Below, in pieces: positions 22,128-33,204 of a DNA stretch of 64,000 bases. This DNA comes from Pelomyxa schiedti (lineage: Eukaryota; Protista; Evosea). A model generated the notes under the pieces. That model was not told where the DNA came from, ran no database searches, and saw only the letters and a program-made list of their open reading frames with translations. A program made the translations under genes and the position numbers. The stretch is from contig JAHLWZ010000199.1 in NCBI GenBank assembly GCA_020536535.1, positions 1 to 64,000 of the forward strand, written 5' to 3'. The stretch's first letter is position 1. The number at the start of each line of letters is the position of its first letter.

Positions 22128-24606
22128 TCAAGGATTGGATGTGTAGACCCTGACCAAATTGTCCCAGGAGGATGTGAAGAGTGTGTCACCAGAGGGGGGA
22201 CTCAGAGACACACACGTAAGCCTGTTGGTGGCACTTGTATCTCGCCATGCCAACCTGCCGGTCAGGACTGACCACCCTATCAGCTCCCCAGAGTCGCAGG
22301 TTGAAAACAGACTGTGCCCGCTCGCTGAGAACGCAACGCTGGTGGTTCCGCACAACACAGATTCGTGTTTGAAAGCCGCGGCGGCGCGTGTCGAACGCCG
22401 GTCATACACACGGCAAATTGATTCATCTGTGCATTTTGTGTGTGTGATTGTGTGTGTGTGTGGATGGAGAGTTAGTTGACGGCGACGGCGACGGCGACGG
22501 TGGTTACGAACGTGCAGAGGGGGGGGGAGAGGGGGAGAGGGGGAGAGGAGGAGGGGAGGAATTCAGCCACACAAACAACCTCCAGCGGATGCGTATAATG
22601 TTCCATTCCCGGAAACGCACACGGAATTGATGTCGCAATCTGCATCGGACCACGTGATGACCGGATCTGGGTCCCGTATGTCATAAATTCGCGTTCTGGT
22701 ATCACATGCTCCACTCACGAATTCATTTGGGTTGCTGGGGCTAACGGCCACCGTCATCNNNNNNNNNNNNNNNNNNNNNNNNNNNNNNNNNNNNNNNNNN
22801 NNNNNNNNNNNNNNNNNNNNNNNNNNNNNNNNNNNNNNNNNNNNNNNNNNNNNNNNNNAAAAGAAGTATGTCGTCTGCCTGCCCACAGTGTCAATACTCG
22901 ACAAATCGAGTGGATGGATGGCAGGGAAAAAAAAGAATATTTCCACTGGTGTTCACCCCCTTCAAGTTCTTTTGGGAGAGGGGGAGAGGAGGAGGGGAGG
23001 GAATTCAGCCACACAAACAACCTCCAGCGGATGCGTATAATGTTCCATTCCCGGAAACGCACACGGAATTGATGTCGCAATCTGCATCCGACCACGTGAT
23101 GACCGGATCTGGGTCCCGTATGTCATAAATTCGCGTTCTGGTATCACATGCTCCACTCACGAATTCATTTGGGTTGCTGGGGCTAACGGCCACCGTCATC
23201 ACGTCGCCCTGTGTGTGGAATGGTGTGTGTTTTTAGACTGGCCACATAGACTTTTTTGGGGTTCCTACATTTGCACCTGTGAATTTAGTGATGGCGGTTC
23301 CCGTTTCCACATCCCACAGAATGCAACTTAGGTCTCCGGAGCTGCTTAAAAGTCTCTCTGTGGTGTTCATAAATCGCACTGCAGACACATATCCATTGTG
23401 CCCATGAAATTCTTTGCACGGGGTACTGCTTGCTGTCTTCCAGTCATACAAACTGACCGTGTCTAAAGCAATACACAGTTTGTCCATGGAGAAAGGGGGA
23501 AAAAAAAAAGACCAAGGAAAGAAAGTACTTACTATCAAGCCCACCACATCCAGCATACTTAAGGCATGGGGAAAGAACACTGGACATCATATAACTGGAG
23601 CGAAGAGGAATTCCTAAAAGAAGGGACAGTTTATGTTTCCTGGAACTCCATTTCTACGTTGATGAGTGCTGTGGGGTTAATGGCACAAAACTAGTAACTC
23701 GTACCCATAGTGCCAGTCTCCCATCTTTTGAGTTGGTGACAATAGTACCGTCGTTGCCTGCATACATATTGTATATGTAACTCGCGTGGTACGTTCCTTG
23801 TGCACTCAAGTGCAGAGTATCATAACATGGCTGGGGGATACTGGAGAGTGGAGTTGGGGTTGGCGGGGAACTCCCGAAGGTTGGGACAATAATAGACTGC
23901 AGTCTTGTAAAAAAGCTAGGTGGTTGCCGCTTTGGAGTGATCAGTGGGTCTTTATACAGTGGCTCCTTGCTAAGAATGCATAGCTCGCGGCCTGGCGCCC
24001 CATTGAAAATAGTGTACACCTATCCGACAGCAGAATGAATAAAGTAGAATGGAATGGAATGAACAAAAGGGGGTAGTAACTCACAAGTGTTTTCCACCTT
24101 TTGCACACCAGACAGCACACAACAGCAGGTCTCACCCTCAACTCATTTAGAGCCACACCCAGAATACGCAATGACACTTCAGCCCTTGCATCAGTACTTC
24201 CAGAAGGATCGGAACTGGAACCGTAACCAGAATCAGAACCAGAATCCGCATACAATTCACAGCACTCCCTAGTTGGAGGACTCAAAGAGGTACTAGCATG
24301 AAATATGTCCAGGGCCAGTTCGAAATAATCAACACTTCGCCCAGTCACAATTGGGTGAGGTTTAGAGGGCGTCGCCGCAGTGGCAGCAGTGCCCGGCTGC
24401 GTGGACGGCGACGGCGACGGCGACGACGCGGAAGCACCATCACACACCGACGGCGATGATGGGATCCCCAACAGCCTGTCAATTGTCCCCGAAGCACCAA
24501 ACACAAACCCAAAAACCACCAACATGGGCTCGTCGGGCAAACATGCCACGGACATCAAGCCAGGCGCTGGTGCTCCCTTATTACTCCGTCTGGATGACGA
24601 CGCCAT
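22128..24606 (-). CDS. F-box / G-protein-beta-like WD40 fusion protein; spans the assembly gap, which duplicates one exon
   Basis: Exon 1 has LPDEPMLVVFGF...VCKRWKTL (F-box). GT-AG introns join it in frame to IPLRSSYMM..CGGLDNTVSLY, GHNGYVSAVRF..SSSGDLSCILWDVETG, GDVMTV..FVSGACD, DINSV, LCGTTSVAFSASG and TSSWDNLVRVY, all collinear with G-beta. Confidence 0.85.
22759..22858. other. Assembly gap (100 N) with locally duplicated flanks
   Basis: Run of N. 22545-22758 repeats about 22985-23200, and 22859-22978 is an inverted copy of about 21860-21980. Confidence 0.98.
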
Positions 24607-24891
24607 AACGCCCAACGAATAGCCGGGGGAAAAAAAAACTACAAAAATGATGCCAAACATCACCTTCCCAGAACCCGGCCTCTGGTTGTCTGATGACGGA
24701 ATACTATTTTCAAGCAGCATTGACTCCTCCGTTTGTGAACGTTGTTGGAAGCTCCACAACAAGTTTGGAAGAGAAAGAAAAAATTTTCATTTTTCTTGCT
24801 AATATGCACCCAAGTGCTGTGTGCAACAAAAGGTTGTTTGGACCTCACATGGCACGAGATAAGAATCCAAAAGTGATTTGGTGGGTTGGTG

Positions 24892-26406
24892 TCATGATGA
24901 CACTCGTGGCTTTTTTCCTCTTTCTGCAGACGCCTGCATTTGTTCAGCTTCACGCTTTTTGCGCCTATTTGGTTGTTGTGATGGAGTCAGATGATGGATG
25001 ATGAGAATGGTGCAGAAAGCAAGCAAGGAAGGAGAAAAAGAAAAGTGGGAATGCATACACATAATCGGCATAAGTGCTTCCTCCAGTGGGTAGGGAAGAT
25101 TGCATTAGTGTAACGCGAGTGGAGGAAGATTCTGTACAATCCCACTTGCTGCCGGCTCTTTGGTGCGTTGTGGTTGTAGTAGTGCTCGATGTGATTGTTG
25201 GAAGTTGTTGTTGTGGCAGAGGAAGGACAGAGGTTGAAGTTGAGGTTGCGGTTTGTACTACAAGAGTGGCTGCGGTTCCTGATTGAAGGGGGATTATGGT
25301 TGCCGGTTTACTATTGGGATTGGGGTCGGAGGTTGGTACATTTTTGATTGTGGAAGGCGGTGGGACGGGAAGTGTTGCAGTACCTGCGGCCTGGAAATCA
25401 ATTGAAGTACGATTTTTAGCAGCTTGTTCTCGTGCCCTTTCTGCCTCTGCTTGTTTACTGGCTTTTTTTTTTTGGAAAAAAGGTGAATTTTGTGGAAGCC
25501 ACTAATGCATTTACAAATGGCATCATAGTGATCAGCTTCTTCAAATCTATGTGGATCAAACACTTCCTTTGGGTAGTTTGTACCAATTTGGTCAATTTCA
25601 TGGTACTCAATGAGTTTATCCAGAATTGTTGGGTTGTTGAAATGCTACGATGTCTTGAGTTAAGTCATGCAGATAATTAAGTACCTTGGTGCGTCTTAGG
25701 CTCGCACTAAGGCTTGCACCCTGTTTCTTCTTAAGCCAGAATTTTCTCAATTTTTCCTGCATAGGAAGTTAGTACCCTTGGCTTCAAATGATTATATAAA
25801 TTGATGGCACTAATATCATACAGACAATTCAGGTGAAATTCCACCAAGTGCCTGTGAGGTTGCTTGAGAAGCAGAAGGCGAGTCGATGCTATTTAGTTTT
25901 AGTTTTCGTTCATCTCTACTACTCGGTGTGAAATTTTTATTTAGAATAAGCAGTAATGGCAGGACTTAAACAAAAAAATAAAAATAGTAATGGCGATAAT
26001 GACAATAACCAACGAACCTCTGTGAGAGTTCCCCACCGTGCTCTGAATATCCAATTCGTGCCAACGGTGGTGTCGTTCTTTCGTTCGTGAGATTCCCGCG
26101 TGGTGATGCACACAGTAACTTTTTCTCCGACGACGATGGCTTCGACAAACCCACATTTTCTGCTGATGATGCTGTGCGAGTTCCATGTTTGCAGTCGTTC
26201 TCGTTCTCGTCCTCCTCGTCGTCGTCCTGGTCCTCAGTTTCGTCGTCGTCGCGGTCTTGTTCGTTTCTGAATTGAGTCGACGACGGAGGAGCCTGTTGGA
26301 GACGCGGCAATGAGCACCCTTCGTGAGTGTCCTCCATTCGTTGCACATCATTGCCTGCCGCTACATCGTCGTCTTCGTCACCGTACGCGGACACCAAGTT
26401 ATACAT
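24892..26406 (-). CDS. SAP30BP: SAP30-binding protein (HCNGP family)
   Basis: N-terminal LVSAYGDEDD, core PTILDKLIEYHEIDQIGTNYPKEVFDPHRFEEADHYDAI, and an SKWD motif near the C-terminus. Last exon inferred. Confidence 0.85.
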
Positions 26407-26888
26407 TTAGGTCTTTCTGAAAGTTCAGATGCTGGATGGATGGAGGTCTGACAGAAGAGACTCGTGTTGGGGAGTACTACCACCGCACACTGACTATTCC
26501 AAGAGGATCCTCTCGGAGGCTAGACTCAGGAGAAGGGACTCACAGACAAGATCCGGTACATGAGATCTGCACCCGGCCGGGCTAGCCGGATGACCTCAAT
26601 TTAATCACTTCCAAATTAACGCCAATCGTGGAAAAGTGGTTCTGGAAAACAACTCGAAAAGGACCGAACCTGCCCGACATAGACCCGGTGCAGAATAGTT
26701 ATTAGGACAGTCATCACAGACGCAGAGCCGACGTGCAAATTAAGAACAAAGTGATGAAAAGTTCGTTTTCTTTGGGGAAAAGTCGAAAATAATATACACC
26801 GTTAAACCCTCACACAATTTATTGAGCATAAAGAAGATTTAAACCGGCACAAAACAAAAAAAACAAACAAACAGCAAACAACAAACAG

Positions 26889-28180
26889 ATGGACACGTCT
26901 CCAAAGGACAACAGACTCTCCGTTTCTTTTCTTTGTTTTGACGATAAGGTAGTTGCCTGCGTGCAATACGTACTAAGTTCTTAATTGTTATTGGTTTTTC
27001 TTATTGCACAACAAATAATAATAAAACCAACCCCGCTACGTGCTGAGATTACGACAGGAACAAGTAGAAACACCCATTGCCAAACGAAGTAGAACTAACA
27101 ACGATGACGTGAGGAACACTCCCTCTAAGCCGCTGAGCCATCCCTTGATATCCACAGAAAAAGAAGTACTCGCAAACGCCCTCTCGGCACTTATTGGAAT
27201 GTCTTCTTCGTCTGTGGATACGGCTGTACGCTCTACATCACCCCCTCCTGTGGAGGATATGAACGGCCGGCACAGAAAGAGGCTTCCCTCAGAAGATAGA
27301 ACTCCACCCACTCCAAGCCAAACATATGCGGGGGCTGATTTGCACGCGCAGATGATGAGATATGGTGCATCCTTGTTTGGGAAGGATGAGGATGGAAACT
27401 ATGTGTGCTTCTTTGATAAGTGCACTCAAAGAATGTCCAACAACTTTAGTCGGCACATCTTTGGGGTAATCCTATCCCTAACATATTCTGTCTTAACACA
27501 TCGCTAGCACGAACAGAGAGGAGATAAGCTCAAAGAACATCTACGCTCTCAAGAGGGCTCACGTAGTCTGTGTTTCGTTGATCAGACTTTCACTGCTCAG
27601 CCTCACTCCCAGAGGAAAAGGGGTTCAAGGCGAATAGGCACATCGGCTCCTAGTCCAACACTGAAACCCTCACACTCAACTTCAACATCCGTTGGAACCT
27701 ATTGCCCTACGAACACCTCAGTAAAATCTCCTTCCCTTCCGGCCGTGCAAGGCCACCCTCTCCCCACCTTCCAAACAACCAAGGGCGTATCATCTCAGGA
27801 AGAGTTATTGCTTCTGCTAGCCACTACAGCTGTACTTGGCTCCGGTAACCCACAGCACTTCCCGCTCCTCTCTAAGGGTTCTGCAGTGACGGCTGCCCCA
27901 AAAGTGGATGTTGCTCAGTTACCATCTGCCTCCCAAAGTGCTGCGAGCAGGCCCAGCACGTCGCCTCTACAATCGTCCCCATTGTGCTCGCCGGTTGTGA
28001 ACCCAGCCACAGAATTTGACCTTCAAGGTACAAAGGAGTAAGACACAAACACCAGACTAACTGCCACAAATAGGTTCCAGAACAACAGTCCCAGCTGTGG
28101 AACAACATCAGATAGTTGAAGCAATTACAGCTATCCAAATCATGATAAGGGCTCTATCCAGTTGCCCTGTGGCGCTGTAA
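26889..28180 (+). CDS. Putative single C2H2 zinc-finger protein with Ser/Pro-rich flanks
   Basis: YVCFFDKCTQRMSNNFSRHIFG/HEQRG across the intron at about 27466-27507 gives C-x4-C-x10-H-x3-H. Termini inferred. Confidence 0.6.
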
Positions 28181-28473
28181 TGCAACTGTATGAGTTTCAT
28201 CCACGCACTGTATATTATGAGTAGTCTCCACTTTTTGTCGGCAATAGAGGTCACCCTGTTCATTCTCACACCACAACACCATTTTTTGAGGAAAAAAAAA
28301 CAATAATTTTGAAAATGTTGATACCGCTTTCCCATGTTCCATTTGGTTCTGATGAACGATTCACTCTCACTGATCATGAGAGAACAACGACACTACAACG
28401 CGTGGAAACCAACTTTTCCTGTCGAACTTTCTTTGTAAAAAAAATTATCATTGTTCCAATGTAGTATTTTTAC

Positions 28474-31400
28474 TTAATGCTTTGCCCAATGGGAAGAAGT
28501 TTTGGACGTGGTTGGGCTTCTGGGATTGTGTGTCTCAGAATAAGGGTTTGTCTCAACATCACCAGTTTCAATGAGCACGAGCAAATGCTCCGTGGATGAT
28601 GTCTCAGGGTTGGGGAAGTTGGGAATGGGCCTGAGTACGGCTGTGCCAGTGGCCTCGTCAACAAAAACCCGCACTATTGCTGTATTCCCTGTCTCTGCCG
28701 CCAGTGGTGCTGCCACTGGAGGTGTGCCATGCAGTGGTGCTCTGGTTTCGCCCTGTGGGGACAGCGAGCGGGAGGAACGGGAGCAGGAGGAACGAGAGCG
28801 GGAGGAACGGGAATGAGACCCGGAGCGGGAGCGGGAGTGGGAAGTGGATATGGAGCGGGAGCCGTAACTGGAAGAACGGGAACGTGAGCGTGAACGGGAG
28901 CGCCTTGATGGATGGTTGTGACGAGAGTGATGGGCGGAATGGGAGTGGAGGGTTTGAGAATAGTGAAGGCTTTTGGAGGTGTTTCTTGTTCCGGGAGTGG
29001 TGGTTGGTGCAGCCGGTTTCTTTTTTGTGCAACGGAAAAATCTATCCTGGAGATGCTTGCACACAGCAAGAGTCAAGCGAGTATGCTTGTCAATTCGTTT
29101 GAGGATATCGCGGATATGACGTGTTCCGACTTTCTTGTTCTTGCACTCAATAGTGATTATCCCACCATCTATTTTGATGTCGGTGTGCTCTGCGTTTGGC
29201 ACGCTTTTCAACGTGCTGAGTTTCAACCCCACGAGTGCACGTAACACTGTGGGCCATTCGCAGTTTGGGGGTGGCATGAACCCAACCCCTGGGAATAAGA
29301 AATTGGCAGCAGCACTTGCGTCATCACCTAGAGCAGGGGTCCCAACACAACAAGAAGGATCACTCCCAGTTGTTGTTGACGGTGAAGGAGGAGGGGCGAG
29401 GAGCTGACAGAACTGCTCCAGTCGGGGTTGAACTCCAATTTTTTCCAGTGGCTGTGTGGGGTTCCAGTTTCCATCCTTTGTTTTTGGTTCTTGGAGGAGG
29501 TGCCTCAAAAAGAAGCCAAGGAATTCTGTTGAATTCAAGCCTTGCTTCGAGAACCCAATGCTGCGTGATGCGGCACATGCGGCAACTCCAGCCAACTGCT
29601 CGAGGTAATTCGCACTTGAGCCTGGTGCCGAGGCATTGCTAATTGCTGTGCACCCACACGTGTCATAAAAGGCAAGTCGGGCTGTGGTTGCATTCCCGAA
29701 CTTGTTGAAAAATGGTGCAAACTTTTGGGTTCCTAACAGAGACAAGTATCCTCGATTTGCAAAGAAGTTCCCCAACTGTTGACAACTTCAACGTGTGCAC
29801 ACCTTCCTCGAGGTCGAGGTGTGCGAAATGCATCGCCACAAATTGTTGTTTGGACTTTTGAGAAGTGGTCTCGTTCTGCTTCTGGCTCACTGCTGTGGGT
29901 TTCTTCTTCTCGCTGGTCTGTCTTCTTCCACTTTTATTATTTCGGTCATCATGTTCTGAAGATGACGGAGCATGGGGGCAATTTTCAGGGAGGAAGTAGC
30001 AATCGGCACAGAACAGGCACACTTGTCCAGCCTTCCCATAGCTTGTTCCCCGTATGGTGGGCTTGGAATTCAACACCCACTTGAACAACTTGTTGCTCAG
30101 AATGTTCAGCAGTTCGGGTATGTTGTCAACCAGGTTCTGAAGGCAGCTGCTGTTTTGTCTGCTGGCAGATGAAGAGGTGGTGCTCGTGGTGATGCAATTC
30201 GAGCTTTTGTCCAAAGAACCCTTCAGGAGTGCAGCTTTGTTGTCCATTTCCAAAATCCATTGAGAGATTGCAATGGCAAAGCGAGGCCTGGCAGTGCGGA
30301 TCAGACACTCCAGAAAGTCAGAAACAGCTTTGTCTGCCAAAGAAATGTGGTCAAGCACAGGGGTGACATCTGAAACGACCATGGGACAAATGGATGGTGA
30401 CTTCTTGTGAACGAGAATGCACCATTGTCGGGACTCTATGGGGCAAGAGGAACCGGAAATTTGGAGAGATCCAGCGAAGTTTGCGATGTTCACATCCGTG
30501 CCACAGAGGATCAGACACACTCCACACATCAGAAGTGCGTTCCTGATGAACAAGTGCTCCTTGTCCTTGATATTGGCCTCGTCAAGGAAAAAGCAGGGGC
30601 ACTCAGACTCGGAAAAGCTGAGTGCCATCTTCCTAACATCGTCTGCCACACACTTTTTCGAGAGTGCGACTGAAAAGGGTTCTTGAAATGCGCACCAAGG
30701 CCAGTCCATATCTCTGTGACTCAGCACCCACTGGACCCATGCGTTGATCCACAGACTCTTATTTGACAGTGCTGCAGTGCTTATCCCCAGCTTTGCTCCA
30801 CCGTACATATGTGCTATTTCTTCCATGTCCTTCTTCACACATTTTAGCAGAGACTCAGTGAAAGGAATGAAAGGACGGACTACGCGCTGGCGCTCAGCCC
30901 TGTCTTCGATATCTGTGGGAACCAGGGGAACATATCTTTTTGGGAGTGTGTTAAAGGAGAGAAAGGAAACAGTGAGTCGCACATAGTTTTTCGTGAGAGA
31001 CCAAAAGCAAGTTGAGTTTTTCCAACTCCCGCAGACCCACAAACCAACACAAAAGGGCATTGCTCTGTGTTTATGCTGCATTCCCAGCACTGTTGGACCG
31101 CTGCTTCCAGGGAATTCAAGCTAGGATCAGCACCCTTGAGTTGCTGGCCAATTTCTCTGTACTGTTTCACGACTTGAAGGTTTTTCTCTGCAGAAATGAG
31201 GAAAGGCATAGCACAAGTAAAAGTTGCCTGGTACTGGGGTGCATTGAACGTGGTGAACGATACCTGAGGATTTGTTTATTTTAAAATCTTAATGAGCAGA
31301 AGCGATACCTGTTAATGGGAGATTATTCAACTTTGAATAGAGGAAATTTCTATCCCACTGAAATTTCTGTCTTTCTTGAGCCAGGATTTTGTCATTTTCT

Positions 31401-32236
31401 GTTAAAAAAATGTTGATCGGTCCCATTTGGGTAAAGTGTGTCTCCAGCCTCTTGTTCAGAGAGGCTTTCTCTTCTTGCAAGTGATTCAGTTCAGTTTTTT
31501 GGTTTGTATTGCTTGAAATACAAAACTCGATCGCTTTTATTCTTTTTTCGCATTCTTCAATCATGGTGTTCAACTTATTTTTCTCCTCCTTCCAGGGTGT
31601 GGCTGCTGCGTTTATCTCTTCCTCCCTTTCCCTCATTCTCTGCTCCAAGAGTTCAATATCTAGCTTTATCTGTTCTGCAGTGGCACTTGAGTCCTGCGCT
31701 TCCATGATAGTTCCTGGTTGAGCCGTACCCACGTCCACAGTGTCATCGATTGATGACTCGATCCCAACCCTCCTACGTTTGTTACTCACGTTTGCATTGC
31801 CTATGTGCGAAACAGGGTTGCCCAGGGGTCGTTGGGAGGGTAACTCGAACTCGGCATCGCCATCACTCTCCCCAATGCAGTGCAATGAAGGAGTCGATGA
31901 AGTTGCGGTTCCTCTGCCACGTTGGGTAGATTGACAACCAGAGTGCGGAGCACGGCTATGGCTGTGCCGATGCCTTCGAGGCGAACGTGGCCGACGGTTT
32001 CCGTGTCTTGTCTGGTGGCTATGTCTCGAGCTTGAACGGCGGTTGAGGGCACGGGAACGGGAGCGGGAGCGAGAACGAGAAGGAGAAAGAGAAATGGATG
32101 AGGAGTGGCGATGACGACGGCGGTTGCGATGATGCCGACAAGTACAGTCGTCGTGATAGCACCTGCTACGGCTGCGTGATCTAGACGGAGATGACGAACG
32201 GTGCCCCGGGAGATGCGGTGAGTGTGGGGAGCTCAT
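28474..32236 (-). CDS. Crinkler-like effector: RS/His-rich and coiled-coil header, P-loop NTPase, PD-(D/E)xK nuclease; one frame change near 29750-29800 unresolved
   Basis: Walker A GSAGVGKT (31015-31038), Walker B CFFLDE (about 30580), ILCGT strand, and nuclease motif HTDIKIDGGIITIECKN (about 29140-29185). Introns explain the junctions at about 31189-31308 and 30937-30983. Confidence 0.7.
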
Positions 32237-33204
32237 TGTATCAATCGGCAAAAAGATTAATGGAAACGCGATCTCGCAATTTCAGCCCCAAAAAAAATGT
32301 GTGGACTAATTTTGGTGAAACGAAGGTACACAAGGGTTACAACAAGCATAATTCCCGCCCTCTGGACTTGGGGGTTCAACAAAAGCTGGCGAAATGTACC
32401 CACATTTAATTGAGTGCTCCATGCAAAGAGGGTTGGTCAAGCAATACTCAGCATACGAGACCCAGTGCCGAAATCAGCGGCTGAAAGTGTCATGTGGCGG
32501 CACAGATAGACCTCGGTCTCCAGCGGGAACGGGTGGAGAAGCGAATGTGCGTGACTATACTTTCAATCTTTGGTTTTTTTGGTTGTGAGTAATAACATAG
32601 TTATGGCCCCTTACATCACTTTTAGCTAGCCCTTCTCTACAAGCCATATGAAACAGTGGGATTTTTGGAAGACATGAAACCGGCACGAGTCGTATCTAAC
32701 ATCGGCAGCAGATAGACCAAAGGTATCCACAAGCCATTTGACACACTTGGAGGACTTGGTTTCATTATGGCTACGAAGGAGGACTTTCTCAATTCTTCTT
32801 TTGGATCACTTCCCACTTGAATCCACCAGGAATTTCATCACTCCTATGCTCCAACTTAACAGGCCGTATTCATTGCGGGACCAAACTCCCACAGGTCAGT
32901 GAATCCGAAATTAGCCACCAGGGGGCTCATGACGTTGGCCAGATTGAACAGGCTTTCAACTGCCGTTGTTGCTGTGTGGACACTGTAATGGAGAAATCCG
33001 TCCCATAATACTTTGGACACCACAATCGTAAGCCATGGATCAATCCCCAGTAAATAGTTTTGAGTACTCTTTTTGTGGTGGTGGCCACCGCACCTACGAG
33101 AAGGAGAATAGCGGCTCTCAGGTCGGATTCGGCGATTTGATCAAATTTCGGGTTTACCCAAAAAGGTTTTCTCTACACAAAAACCCCTCCTAACTTTTCT
33201 CACG

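Larger units (their letters stand above)
18850..23550. repeat. Segmental duplication copy A (inverted partner at about 52880-58145)
   Basis: The tRNA, upstream region, large ORF, intergenic block and 3' two-thirds of the G-beta-like gene all recur in reverse complement at 52.9-58.1 kb, with near-identical ORF translations. Confidence 0.93.

Noticed and set aside
22545-23200. Real tandem exon duplication in the G-beta-like gene
   Set aside because: The duplicated pieces flank a 100-N gap and copy B has a single exon, so it is most likely a scaffolding artefact.
26410-26880. Possible structured ncRNA between SAP30BP and the zinc-finger gene
   Set aside because: No recognisable snRNA, SRP or RNase P motifs; consistent with a divergent promoter region.
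32300-33150. Possible small gene or ncRNA between the Crinkler-like and RasGEF genes
   Set aside because: Only short frames with no recognisable motif and no convincing splice model.
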